Source: a virus. From it: a DNA stretch of 35,909 nt. The position numbers were made by a program, and so were the translations under genes. Numbering within the stretch: position 1 is the first letter of the stretch; each line of letters starts with the position of its first letter. Positions 22,140-31,321 of the stretch are shown piece after piece. The notes beneath the pieces are model-generated. The model searched no databases. It saw only the letters and a list, made by a program, of their open reading frames with translations, and was not told where the DNA came from. The stretch lies in IMG/VR virus record IMGVR_UViG_3300028630_000004, positions 1-35,909 of that record. One strand, given 5' to 3'.

Positions 22140-23665
22140 TCACCATCGCCCCGAAGGGCAACACCGCGCCGGCAGACGTCCGGCTCGACGGGAAGACCGA
22201 CATGGCCGTGCTCGCGAAGTATGTGACACAGGCCGGCGCCGACGTCAAGATCCTGAAGGGGATCGTCAACCTGAACGGCGGCGGGTCCGGCGACCCGTCC
22301 GGCGGCGGCTACCTGCGGCCCGGCAAGGGCGCGACGATCACCGGCGAGCCCGGCACCGTGCTCGAGGCCCGCTCGTCAATCGTCCGGCTCACCCTGGACA
22401 AACCTGGGGTTACACTCCGGCAATTATCGTTCAAGGGCAGGGGTCATATCCAGTGGTTCGATACGGGGAGCGGCTCGCTCCTCGAGGACGTCACCGTCGA
22501 CCAGTCCGACGACAACGGCAACCACATCGACCTCAAGGGCAACTGTACCGCCGGCTTCCTGTTCTATGCGAAGGTCGGCAAGACCCTGAAGAACGTCACC
22601 CTGCGCCGCTGCACGGCCACCAAGACGTATCACCACGGCTTCAGTATGCACGTGTACGGCGCACAGGAGGGGGCCACGTTCTCGGACTTCGAGTTCATCG
22701 GGTGCAAGGCCCTCTCGTGCGGGATGCACAACCGCGCGCCCCGGAACGGTGCCTGCGGCAAGGTCGACCTCCGCAACTGGGCGGTTGGATTCAACACGGC
22801 CGACACGGGCAACGTGATCCGCGTCCACCTGACCGACTGCTATGCCGAAGACCCGGTCCAGTCCTGCTATCACTGTGATGGCTCGTGGACGGGGCACGCG
22901 CAGAAGGTCGACGGCCTCGTCTACCTCCGCTGCACGGCGGTCCGGGCCGGGGCCCGCTGCCATCCCGACATGGTCGACAAGTACCGCTGCGGCTTCTACG
23001 GCATGAGCGGCACCTACATCGACTGCGAGGCCGTCGAGTGCGCCATCGGGTTCGGCCACGGCTGCCAGCTCTCGGGCGGGCTCGTCGTCAAGGGCTGCAA
23101 GGACACCGGCTCGGGCTACGGCATGATCGCCGCCTACACCGAACCGGGGGCCCGCATCGAGTTCACGAGCGTCGGCGCGACCCGGCAGGCGTTCGTCGGC
23201 CAGGTCACCGGGAACGGCTCGCTCGACCTCACGCTCATCGACCCACCGAAGAACGCGATCACCTTCGGCCGGACCATCCGCATCCCCGCGCTCGACTGCC
23301 CGAACCACACGGATCAGGCCAGCAAGTACGACAAGCTGCCGTACACGGTGAACCGGTCGGCCATCACCATCAACGCGGCGGAGAAGCCCGCCATCGAGGA
23401 GTGGAAGACGTCGACGTTCAAGGGCGTGTACCAGTTCCTCCCGCTCGTCGTCGAGGAGCAGCCCCCGGCGGTCCCCGACACCCCCGAGGTCCCGCCCATC
23501 GTGCTCCCACCGGAGCCACAGCCACACCTCCTGTCCGAGGACGGCTGCATCAAGACGGTCCTGCCCGACGGCACCAAGCTCATGCTCGTGGGCGGCGGGT
23601 TCATGGACGACGACGCGGCGGCGTATTTCCCCCACGGCACGATCTGGCGGCGGGTGAGCGAGTGA
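22136..23665 (+). CDS. Cys-rich right-handed parallel beta-helix (pectate-lyase/NosD-like) protein with a Pro-rich linker and a small C-terminal domain
   Basis: Repeated ~22-25-aa coils (VTLRQLSFKGRG.., LLEDVTVDQSDDNGNHIDLKG.., LKNVTLRRCTATKTYHHGFSMH.., FSDFEFIGCKALSCG..). PPAVPDTPEVPPIVLPPEPQP linker. Confidence 0.55.
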   Translation: MITIAPKGNTAPADVRLDGKTDMAVLAKYVTQAGADVKILKGIVNLNGGGSGDPSGGGYLRPGKGATITGEPGTVLEARSSIVRLTLDKPGVTLRQLSFKGRGHIQWFDTGSGSLLEDVTVDQSDDNGNHIDLKGNCTAGFLFYAKVGKTLKNVTLRRCTATKTYHHGFSMHVYGAQEGATFSDFEFIGCKALSCGMHNRAPRNGACGKVDLRNWAVGFNTADTGNVIRVHLTDCYAEDPVQSCYHCDGSWTGHAQKVDGLVYLRCTAVRAGARCHPDMVDKYRCGFYGMSGTYIDCEAVECAIGFGHGCQLSGGLVVKGCKDTGSGYGMIAAYTEPGARIEFTSVGATRQAFVGQVTGNGSLDLTLIDPPKNAITFGRTIRIPALDCPNHTDQASKYDKLPYTVNRSAITINAAEKPAIEEWKTSTFKGVYQFLPLVVEEQPPAVPDTPEVPPIVLPPEPQPHLLSEDGCIKTVLPDGTKLMLVGGGFMDDDAAAYFPHGTIWRRVSE

Positions 23666-23976
23666 CCCTCGCTGCGGGATCCTCCCGCCCGCCGCAGGCC
23701 GTTGACGACCTGATCCGCCGGTGGGTCGGTTATCAGGTCGTCCACGTCAAGACGGCCCCCTCGACAGCGTCCAAAAGATACGATGCTCTCTGCCGCGTCT
23801 GGTCGGACTGTGGCGACCACGGACTGTTCACCGCCGACCCCGACAAGGTCGCGCTCCACTTTTACGGAGGGCGGGCCGCGTGCCGTGAGCGGCAGCGGGC
23901 CATGCGAATACTCGCGGCGAGTATCGAAGATTTCCGGCACTGGCATACGACTATGAGCAATCGAGGTGAGGTATGA
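23662..23976 (+). CDS. Hypothetical protein
   Basis: GTGA overlap; 104 aa. There is a weak resemblance to an integrase N-terminal SAM-like domain, but no catalytic domain follows. Confidence 0.35.
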   Translation: MTLAAGSSRPPQAVDDLIRRWVGYQVVHVKTAPSTASKRYDALCRVWSDCGDHGLFTADPDKVALHFYGGRAACRERQRAMRILAASIEDFRHWHTTMSNRGEV

Positions 23977-24227
23977 ACATGGACAACAAGCGCGGCCACT
24001 TCGAGCGCGGGCGATGGGTGCCGGAGATCACGGTCATGATCAATGGCTCACCCGTCACCGTCGCCGACATCGACATCGCGATTGCGTGGGAGCCGTCCCG
24101 CGTCAACATCCCCGTCGGCCACTACGAGAAAGGGCGGTTCGTCGGCGGCTGCTTCGAGCGGAAAGGCGACCGGCTCGTCTGCACAACGCCCGGATCAGTA
24201 TCCATCCGGCTCCCTCTGAAAAGATAA
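23973..24227 (+). CDS. Hypothetical protein with internal GH(F/Y)E(R/K)GR(W/F)V duplication
   Basis: 84-aa ORF with an ATGA overlap. Confidence 0.4.
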   Translation: MNMDNKRGHFERGRWVPEITVMINGSPVTVADIDIAIAWEPSRVNIPVGHYEKGRFVGGCFERKGDRLVCTTPGSVSIRLPLKR

Positions 24228-24278
24228 CCCGATCCCTTTTACCACATCCTTAAGTATACTAGTTCTCTAATATACTCA
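24228..24278 (+). promoter_or_regulatory. Promoter-like gap for block 4; the downstream start has no SD (possibly leaderless)
   Basis: cccttttacc (T-tract), then ttaagtatact at 24250-24260, about 20-25 nt before ATG 24279. A second copy, taatatact, follows. Confidence 0.4.
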
Positions 24279-24527
24279 ATGTCAGATCTTGTGCCTATTC
24301 TGGCCGGCGTCGTCGCCGTCCTGAGTCTGGCCGGCGGGTACATTGCCTCTCGCCGGGGCCGCGCGCTCGTCGCGTGCGTGCAGTCGTTCGCTCTCCTCGC
24401 TTCCTGCTACTACGCCATGCGGCCGGACGGCTACACGGCCACCGAGAAGGACAAGCTCGCCGACGCCGCGATCGCCCTCCTCGACTCCGTCGAAGCGGCC
24501 GGCATCGAGATCGCGAGGCCGAAGTGA
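24279..24527 (+). CDS. Two-TM small membrane protein (holin-like topology)
   Basis: LVPILAGVVAVLSLAGGYIA and ALVACVQSFALLASCYYA hydrophobic segments. Confidence 0.45.
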   Translation: MSDLVPILAGVVAVLSLAGGYIASRRGRALVACVQSFALLASCYYAMRPDGYTATEKDKLADAAIALLDSVEAAGIEIARPK

Positions 24528-24670
24528 TGCCCGCCGACCCGTCCGCCGCGTGGGACAGCGGCAACATCGCCCGGTCCAACGCCGAGAAGGGCCGGTACGC
24601 GCCCGAGTTCGAGCAGTCCACCAGGAGATTCCCGGCACCGACGGCGGTCATCGTCGGCCTGTCTGACTGA
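24527..24670 (+). CDS. Hypothetical small protein (47 aa)
   Basis: The ATG shares one nt with the upstream TGA. Confidence 0.3.
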   Translation: MPADPSAAWDSGNIARSNAEKGRYAPEFEQSTRRFPAPTAVIVGLSD

Positions 24671-24672
24671 CC

Positions 24673-25464
24673 ATGCCCGAAAACCGCCTCTCCTCATACC
24701 TGTCGACGCTCGAAGTCTGCAAGCGCGACGAGCCGATCGCCCACCGCACCGGAGCCACCGCCGCCGGCGACCTCATCGCCGCCCCGACCATCACCGCGGC
24801 CAAAGACGCGACGACCGGCGTCATGGCCGCAGTCGAGCACAAGGTCGCCGTCGCCGTCGGCACCTGCTACGGCTACTCGACCCCCTCCGACATCGTCGCG
24901 ATCACCCCGGAAGAAAACGAGAGCGTCCTCGTGACCATCCCGCAGGTGGTCGGCGCCGAGTCGTACGTCGTGTTCTTCAGCACGGACGCGGCCCCCAAGC
25001 GGCTCTGCGAGATCACCGAAGCGCAGCGGGCCGCCGGGTGCGTCTGCACGGCCGTCGAGACGGTGACCACGACCGGAGGCACGGCCGGCAAAGTCCTCGT
25101 CACGCTCGTCGGCACGGGCGCGGACACGGGCGCCGCGATGTACGCGACCAGCACCGCCATCGCGCCGGGCAAGGTCGCCGTGGCCGGCACCGGCACCAGC
25201 GGCGCCATCGACTGCACGGGCCGGCAGACAGCGTACGTCCGGGCCCTCGTCAACCCCGTGGCCCTGACGGCCATGCCGGCGCTCACCGTCGTGCCGTTCG
25301 TCAAGACCGGCGACCAGTGGGCCCCCGGATCCCCGGGCATCGTCACGGCCGGGGTACGGTCGGAGACGTTCACGGTGGACGTGAAGGGCGCGTCCGAGTT
25401 CGTCGTCTGCATCAAGTCGAACACCAGCGGCAGCACGGCCGACGTGACCGTGCAGCTCGTATGA
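24673..25464 (+). CDS. T/A/V/G-rich beta-type protein, possibly a virion accessory with an Ig/FN3-like segment
   Basis: Composition, and ITPEENESVLVTIPQVVGAESYVVFFS. Confidence 0.4.
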   Translation: MPENRLSSYLSTLEVCKRDEPIAHRTGATAAGDLIAAPTITAAKDATTGVMAAVEHKVAVAVGTCYGYSTPSDIVAITPEENESVLVTIPQVVGAESYVVFFSTDAAPKRLCEITEAQRAAGCVCTAVETVTTTGGTAGKVLVTLVGTGADTGAAMYATSTAIAPGKVAVAGTGTSGAIDCTGRQTAYVRALVNPVALTAMPALTVVPFVKTGDQWAPGSPGIVTAGVRSETFTVDVKGASEFVVCIKSNTSGSTADVTVQLV

Positions 25465-26183
25465 TTCCGTTCGGGTTGGCGTCGCTCATGACCGTCTCTC
25501 TCCCCATCGGCCGGCGCGCGACGAAATGCCTCGTCCCCGGGGCCGCGGCCGTCTACCTCTGCAACGAGGGCAGCGGCACCGTCCTCCGCGACTACTCCGG
25601 CAACGCGCGAGACGCCGCGTTCGGGGCCGCCGGGGCCGCGCCGTCCTGGGGCGCAACCGGCGTCTACTTCGATGGGGGCGATTACGCCAGCTGCGCCGCC
25701 GCATGGCTCGACGCGCCCACCGCCCTGACCGTGATCGTCGTCGCCACGCTCGCGAACACGGACACCGAACGGCTCATCAACCGTGCGACCGGCGTCACCA
25801 CGACCGGCACCGGCTGGATCCTCTCGAAGGACGCGACGGGGGCCAAGATGATCATGTACGACGGCGCCGGCAACCGGGTCGTCTCGAACGCCGCCGTACC
25901 CGCCACCGGTGCACCCGTCTTCCTCGCCAGCATCTGGGACGGCGCGACCGTCACCGCCTACACCGGGCTCACGGCCGGCGCGGCGGTCGCGTGCGTCGGC
26001 CACACGGCCGCGACGGCGCAGGACCTGACGCTCGGCAAGGCGTCATGGTCGAACGATGGCCCGCTGACCGGCACCATTCACGCAGCGCTCGTGTATCCGT
26101 TCGCGTTCACCCCCGCTCAACTCGCGGCGACCAAGGCGGCCCTCGCGGCGTTCCTCGCGCCGCGCGGAGCAACCCTCGCATGA
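25461..26183 (+). CDS. LamG / concanavalin-A-like lectin domain protein
   Basis: LCNEGSGTVLRDYSGNARDAAF....W...GVYFDGGDYA.....L.....TVIVVA........ matches the Laminin_G_3 pattern common in phage fibres. Confidence 0.5.
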   Translation: MIPFGLASLMTVSLPIGRRATKCLVPGAAAVYLCNEGSGTVLRDYSGNARDAAFGAAGAAPSWGATGVYFDGGDYASCAAAWLDAPTALTVIVVATLANTDTERLINRATGVTTTGTGWILSKDATGAKMIMYDGAGNRVVSNAAVPATGAPVFLASIWDGATVTAYTGLTAGAAVACVGHTAATAQDLTLGKASWSNDGPLTGTIHAALVYPFAFTPAQLAATKAALAAFLAPRGATLA

Positions 26184-26407
26184 CAACGGTGATCGTCGAC
26201 CCGCCCCCGGCCCGCGCCGACCTCGACGCATTGACCGAGGACACGCACCACCGGGACGCCGAGATCAAGACGGCCCTGTCGCGGCTCGCGCTGAACGACC
26301 TGGAGATCCTCGCGCTCCTGCGCGAGCTGATCGCCGAGACGCGGGCCCGCGAACTGAGGATCGACTACCCCCACGAGGACGCCGACATGGATGCCCGGTT
26401 CGTCTGA
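26180..26407 (+). CDS. Hypothetical acidic small protein
   Basis: ATGA overlap. Its N-terminal codons contain the second copy of the 29-nt exact repeat. Confidence 0.4.
   Translation: MTTVIVDPPPARADLDALTEDTHHRDAEIKTALSRLALNDLEILALLRELIAETRARELRIDYPHEDADMDARFV
26209..26237 (+). repeat. Partner of the 29-nt exact repeat at 10716-10744
   Basis: See 10716-10744. Confidence 0.9.
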
Positions 26408-26960
26408 CCCCGACCCCGCCGCGATGCGGGCCGCCTACGAGGCCGGCAAGAGCATCGCCACCGTCGGGAGGGAGTTCGGTATCAGCAAGGACCGGGCCCG
26501 CCGGATCCTCCGCGATGCCGGCACGGTCTTCCGCCCGCCGAACGGCGGCACGACGCGGGAGATGCAAACGAACAGCGCCGAGCGGGCTGCGCGGGTGCTC
26601 GTCGTCCTGGGGCTCATGCTCAAGGGCATCGACCGGAACGCGATCCACCGGCACGGGAACGAGGTGCTCGGGTGGGACGTCGAGCCGCGCACCATTGCGG
26701 CATACATGGCCGACGCCCGCGCCGAGGTCCGCGCCCGGTACGCCGACGAGGCCGAGACGCTCGCCGCGATGGCCGACGCGAGAGACGACTATGCCCGGCA
26801 GCGGGCCCTCGCCGTGGACGACGTGAAGACGTTTCACGCGGTCAATGTCGAGGCCAACAAACGGCACGGGCTGTACGCGGCGGCGAAGCTGGAGCACTCG
26901 GGAAACGTCACCTGGCAGGAGCTGATCGAGGTTGCCACAGGCGAGCCCGCGGACGAGTGA
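26391..26960 (+). CDS. terS: Terminase small subunit (HTH)
   Basis: N-terminal HTH AYEAGKSIATVGREFGISKDRARRIL. 189 aa, immediately upstream of the large terminase. Confidence 0.55.
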   Translation: MPGSSDPDPAAMRAAYEAGKSIATVGREFGISKDRARRILRDAGTVFRPPNGGTTREMQTNSAERAARVLVVLGLMLKGIDRNAIHRHGNEVLGWDVEPRTIAAYMADARAEVRARYADEAETLAAMADARDDYARQRALAVDDVKTFHAVNVEANKRHGLYAAAKLEHSGNVTWQELIEVATGEPADE

Positions 26961-26973
26961 CGCCCGGGCCGCG

Positions 26974-28368
26974 ATGGTCCGCGCGCAGAGCGATCCGGCG
27001 TGGTGGGTCTCGAGCGTGCTCGGCAACACCCTCTTGCCGAAGCAGGTCGAGATCATCGAGTCCGTCCGCGACCACCGCGAGACGGCCGTCAAGTCCTGCC
27101 ACGCGGCCGGTAAGTCGTTCACCGCCGCGAACGTCGCGCTCTGGTGGCTGTTCAACCATCGGCACTCGATTGTCATCACCACCGCCCCGACCGACCGGCA
27201 GGTGCGCGGCATTTTGTGGAAGGAGATCCGCACCGGCCACCAGCGCGCCCGGGTGCCGCTCGGTGGAACCCTGCTGAGTCAGGAGCTCAAGCTCGATAAC
27301 GACTGGTGGGCGTGGGGCTTCACGGCGCCCGGGTACGACCCCGACCGCTTCCAGGGCTTCCACGCCATCCACACGCTCGTCATCGTGGACGAGGCGAGCG
27401 GGGTGACGGAGGACATTTACGACGCCATCGACGGCGTGCTGACGGCCGACGAGTCCCGGCTCCTGATGATCGGCAACCCGACCAACCCGAGCGGCCGGTT
27501 CGCAAAGGCGTTCAAGACGCCCGGGATCGCGAAAGTCTCGATCAGCGCCTTCGATACGCCGAACTTCACGACGTTCGGCATCACCGAAGCGGACATCGCC
27601 GCCGGCGCGTGGGAGCAGAAGATCACGGGCCCGCTCCCGAACCCCTACCTCGTCACCCCGCGGTGGGTCGCCGACCGCTACAAGCGGTGGGGCCCGGACT
27701 CGGCGATGTACGGCGCGAAGGTCGATGCCCGCTTCCCCGCGGCCGGGAACGACACCCTGATCCCGCTCCACTGGATCGAGGCCGCGGTCGCCCGAACGCT
27801 CGTGCCATCGGCCCCGTCCGAGCTCGGCGTCGATGTCGCCCGGTTCGGCTCCGACGAGACGGTGATCATGCACCGCGCCGGCCCCGTCGCCCGGACGCTC
27901 AAGGTGATCCCGATGAGCGACACGATGGAGACGACCGGCCACGTCGTGCAGGCTATCGCGGCCGTCAAAGCACTCGCCGCAAAGGTCGATGCGGTCGGCG
28001 TCGGCGCGGGCGTGTACGACCGGCTCAAGGAGCTCAAGCAGCCGGCCCGCGAGATGCAGAGCGGACAGGCCGCGAAGGATCCCGAGCGGTACGCGAACGC
28101 CCGCGCCGAGTGGTGGTGGGGGCTCCGCGAGCGATTCGAGGTCGGCGACATCGACATCGAGAACGACGAGACGCTGATCGAGCAGCTCGCCGACCTGCGA
28201 TACAAGGTGAACTCGCGGGGCCAGATCCTCATCGAATCGAAAGAGGACATGAAGAAGCGCGGCGTCGGCAGCCCCGACCGGGCTGACGCGCTGATGCTCG
28301 TTTTCGGCACGCCGAGCGGACCGGCTCCCGGCCGGTTCGGCGTCGTCTCAGGAGTTCGATCATGGTAG
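26974..28368 (+). CDS. terL: Terminase large subunit
   Basis: Walker A-like SCHAAGKSF, Walker B LVIVDEASG, and a C-terminal nuclease-like half. The ORF is open from 26932; ATG 26974 avoids overlapping terS. Confidence 0.9.
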   Translation: MVRAQSDPAWWVSSVLGNTLLPKQVEIIESVRDHRETAVKSCHAAGKSFTAANVALWWLFNHRHSIVITTAPTDRQVRGILWKEIRTGHQRARVPLGGTLLSQELKLDNDWWAWGFTAPGYDPDRFQGFHAIHTLVIVDEASGVTEDIYDAIDGVLTADESRLLMIGNPTNPSGRFAKAFKTPGIAKVSISAFDTPNFTTFGITEADIAAGAWEQKITGPLPNPYLVTPRWVADRYKRWGPDSAMYGAKVDARFPAAGNDTLIPLHWIEAAVARTLVPSAPSELGVDVARFGSDETVIMHRAGPVARTLKVIPMSDTMETTGHVVQAIAAVKALAAKVDAVGVGAGVYDRLKELKQPAREMQSGQAAKDPERYANARAEWWWGLRERFEVGDIDIENDETLIEQLADLRYKVNSRGQILIESKEDMKKRGVGSPDRADALMLVFGTPSGPAPGRFGVVSGVRSW

Positions 28369-30116
28369 CACGAATCATACAGGGCGATTGCCTCGACGTG
28401 ATGCGCGAAATGGACGCCGGCAGCGTCGACGCCGTCGTGACCGATCCGCCGTATGGCCTGAACTTCATGGCCCGCGACTGGGATCACGGCGTGCCGGGCG
28501 AACGCTACTGGATCGAGGCGTTGCGGGTTGCGAAGCCCGGAGCGCATCTGCTCGCCTTCGGCGGGACGCGGACCTTTCACCGGCTGACCTGCGCGATCGA
28601 AGATGCCGGATGGGAGATCCGCGACTGCCTCGGCTGGATCTACGCTTCTGGATTCCCGAAGTCGCTCGACGTCTCGAAGGCGATCGATAAGATGGCGGGG
28701 GCCGAGCGCACCGAACAGATCGGCGTTTATATCGAGCCCGACGGGTGCCGGAGATCGTCGTTTGCCAACGCGACCGGCAACTGCTACGGGCGCGATGGAC
28801 GCCCACGCGAAAAGCCGATCACCGCCCCGGCAACCGGCGCCGCGAAGAAGTGGTCGGGGTGGGGCACGGCCCTGAAGCCGGCAGTCGAGTACGTCATCAT
28901 GGCGCAGAAGCCGATTGGAGGTGAAAGGGAACAGTATATAACAGTTGGGAACCTATATAAAGTAGAGGTTCGGCTGTGGTTACTGTTGTGTGCGAACGGT
29001 GCGGGCGAGAGTTCGACGTTAAGCCCGGACGAGTACGGCGAGGCGTTCGCTTCTGCTCAATGGACTGCCGCCGACGTGTCCAGTACACTGGCCGATTTGT
29101 CCGATCTGACGGATACGTCGCGCTTAAGGTCGGCGATAAGTTCGACCTTGAACACCGTGTCGTCATGGCGGAGCACTTGGGAAGAAGCCTTGAGCCGTGG
29201 GAGCAGGTTCATCACCGAAACGGCGACCGGGCCGATAATCGACTCGAAAACCTTGAACTCCTCAGCGTCGGCGCTCACACCGCAAGACATCATCCGGGCC
29301 GCGATTCTTCGACCTGGCTCATGGTGGAGTGCCATACCTGCGGCAAACATTTTGAACGCCGCCGCCACGAGGATGCGCGGCACCCTCGACATTTCTGCTC
29401 TAGAGAGTGCTATCGAAAAGGGGCACATCTCACGCCCGGGCGGTCTCGACCCGACCGTCTCGTTTAGGCCGATCATCCTCGCCCGCGCACCGCTCACCGG
29501 CACCGTCGCCGCGACCGTCTGTGAGCACGGGACCGGAGCCCTGAACATCGACGGATGCCGGATCGGGACAGATGACGACCGCGCGCGCCCTCCCGGCAGA
29601 ACCTCGGCGAACACATGGGATCTTTCAGGGCGCACCGAACCCTCTACCTCACATCCCGCAGGCCGATGGCCGGCGAACCTGATCCACGACGGCAGCGACG
29701 AGGTGCTCGAGCTGTTCCCGATGCAGTCGGGCGGCGGGCAACCGAAGCGGCGAGGCGGCGACACCGAGCGCAACGCCTTCGGTGACTTTGCCGGTGGGGA
29801 TGCTACGCCCGGCGTCGGCCGCTCGTCCGGTTCGGCGTCCCGGTTCTTTTACTGCGCTAAAGCTTCGAGAGCGGAGCGCGGCGAGGGCAACGTCCACCCG
29901 ACGGTGAAGCCCCTCGCGCTCATGCGCTACCTCTGCCGGTTGATCACACCACCCGGCGGGCTCGTCCTCGACCCGTTCGCCGGCTCGGGTTCGACCCTGA
30001 TCGCCGCCGTTGCCGAGGGCTTCGAGGCGGTCGGGATTGAGAGAGAAGCGGCATACGCTGAGATCGCCCGGCAACGGTTCGGGCCGCTCGACCAATTCGC
30101 TGAGGCTACATCATGA
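28362..30116 (+). CDS. N4/N6 DNA methyltransferase (DPPY, beta-class order) interrupted by a ~546-nt insertion that its reading frame nevertheless passes through
   Basis: [11 protein letters not shown] (motif IV); [19 protein letters not shown]; then [34 protein letters not shown]; [13 protein letters not shown]; [11 protein letters not shown] (motif I). The middle 182 codons look non-protein-like. Confidence 0.85.
   Translation: MVARIIQGDCLDVMREMDAGSVDAVVTDPPYGLNFMARDWDHGVPGERYWIEALRVAKPGAHLLAFGGTRTFHRLTCAIEDAGWEIRDCLGWIYASGFPKSLDVSKAIDKMAGAERTEQIGVYIEPDGCRRSSFANATGNCYGRDGRPREKPITAPATGAAKKWSGWGTALKPAVEYVIMAQKPIGGEREQYITVGNLYKVEVRLWLLLCANGAGESSTLSPDEYGEAFASAQWTAADVSSTLADLSDLTDTSRLRSAISSTLNTVSSWRSTWEEALSRGSRFITETATGPIIDSKTLNSSASALTPQDIIRAAILRPGSWWSAIPAANILNAAATRMRGTLDISALESAIEKGHISRPGGLDPTVSFRPIILARAPLTGTVAATVCEHGTGALNIDGCRIGTDDDRARPPGRTSANTWDLSGRTEPSTSHPAGRWPANLIHDGSDEVLELFPMQSGGGQPKRRGGDTERNAFGDFAGGDATPGVGRSSGSASRFFYCAKASRAERGEGNVHPTVKPLALMRYLCRLITPPGGLVLDPFAGSGSTLIAAVAEGFEAVGIEREAAYAEIARQRFGPLDQFAEATS
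28923..29468 (+). mobile_element. Lower-GC insertion cassette carrying an HNH homing-endonuclease gene with its own TATA-like and SD signals
   Basis: GC drops sharply at about 28915. Signals are cagtatataacag, cctatataaag and gaggt 8 nt before GTG 28976. Flanked by duplicated MTase motif copies at 28884-28922 and 29463-29504. Confidence 0.75.
28976..29467 (+). CDS. HNH homing endonuclease with flanking Zn-ribbon motifs
   Basis: [62 protein letters not shown] is a classic HNH. CERCG...FCSMDC and CHTCG...FCSRECY lie on either side. It reads in a different frame from the host MTase. Confidence 0.85.
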   Translation: MVTVVCERCGREFDVKPGRVRRGVRFCSMDCRRRVQYTGRFVRSDGYVALKVGDKFDLEHRVVMAEHLGRSLEPWEQVHHRNGDRADNRLENLELLSVGAHTARHHPGRDSSTWLMVECHTCGKHFERRRHEDARHPRHFCSRECYRKGAHLTPGRSRPDRLV

Positions 30117-31267
30117 AACTGAGAGATCGTATCAGACAACTCGTCGCGGGCCCCAAACCACAGCCCAAAGCGGCGGCATCGAGCGGCACCCGGCCGGACT
30201 ACTTCCGCAAGTCCACGCGCGACACAGCGACGATGGCCCGGAACGCGGCGATCTACGAGTCCGGCGGGATCGTCACGGCCGCCATCAAGGCGCCGGGCAG
30301 GACCGTCCTGTCGAACGGCTGGCGGCTCGACGGCGAGGAGGGCGCGGTCAAGCAGGTGCAGGAGGCCATCGACGCGCTCGACTTCGAGACGCTGGTGTCC
30401 ATGTTGGTCGATTACGCCTACGTCCACGGCAATGGCCTGGCCGAGATCGTCCCGTTGCGCGGCGGCGGGCTGACCGTCCAGCTCCGCGACCCGGCCCGGT
30501 TCAAGATCGAGCAGGACGCCTGGGGCAACATCGTCGGGTATCGGTTCGTGCAGGAAGACACGTTCGACGACTCCCGCGGCCCCCTGCTCCTGCCGGAGGA
30601 GATGATCGACCTCTGCCTTGATCCCGTCCCGAACTCGCCCTACGGCCGCTCCCTCGTGTCCGTCTGCATCGACGAAATCTTGAGAGACGCGAAGACCAAC
30701 GAAGGGCTCGCGAAGGCCATCGAACGGCATGGGTTCCCCAAGTACCACATCGGCGTCGGCGTCAGTGGCGAGCAGGTGGCGGAGGCGGACCTGAAGGGGC
30801 TGCGGAAAGAGTTCGAGAACCTCAGCAGCAAGAACGAGTTCATCACGGGCCCGGACATCGCGATCAACACGATCGACGCGACGGGGATCAACAACTCGTC
30901 CGAGATCGACAACGTCTTTTCGTCCCGGCTCTGCGCCGCGCTCGGCGTGCCGCCCGAACAGATCGGGCTCGACGCGACGGGATCGACGGAGGCGACGGCC
31001 AACGTCCGGTTCCGGGCATGGTACGACCGGATCGCGGCCCTACAGCGCGTCGTGGCGACGACCCTTTCCCGCCAGCTCTTCGACCGGATCACCGGCCGGC
31101 CCGGTGCCTGCTGGATCGTCTTCGAGGATCCGTCGCCGGAGGACATGGCGCAGAAAGCCGAGTGGATCAGCAAGATCATGGCGGCGACGCCGATGGACCC
31201 GTTCGCCGTGCTGCCGCAGGACTGGATCCAGCAGCAGTTCGGGATCGACCCGACGGGGGCCGACTGA
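30113..31267 (+). CDS. Portal protein
   Basis: 384 aa, between the terminase/MTase genes and the Mu-F-like gene; ATGA overlap. Confidence 0.7.
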   Translation: MKLRDRIRQLVAGPKPQPKAAASSGTRPDYFRKSTRDTATMARNAAIYESGGIVTAAIKAPGRTVLSNGWRLDGEEGAVKQVQEAIDALDFETLVSMLVDYAYVHGNGLAEIVPLRGGGLTVQLRDPARFKIEQDAWGNIVGYRFVQEDTFDDSRGPLLLPEEMIDLCLDPVPNSPYGRSLVSVCIDEILRDAKTNEGLAKAIERHGFPKYHIGVGVSGEQVAEADLKGLRKEFENLSSKNEFITGPDIAINTIDATGINNSSEIDNVFSSRLCAALGVPPEQIGLDATGSTEATANVRFRAWYDRIAALQRVVATTLSRQLFDRITGRPGACWIVFEDPSPEDMAQKAEWISKIMAATPMDPFAVLPQDWIQQQFGIDPTGAD

Positions 31268-31321
31268 CCCGTGTGCTCCCGCTGCCTCGCGGCATCCTTC
31301 CGGCCGAAGACCGACCCGACG

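Noticed and set aside
23662-23976. Integrase, from a weak N-terminal SAM-like/core-binding resemblance
   Set aside because: The protein is only 104 aa, has no catalytic R-H-R-Y domain, and no attP-like site was found. The resemblance is too weak to call.
28362-30116. Intein as the explanation for the MTase insertion
   Set aside because: The HNH endonuclease reads in a different frame from the MTase, and the in-frame translation of the insert shows no intein splicing blocks. It has its own TATA-like and SD signals.
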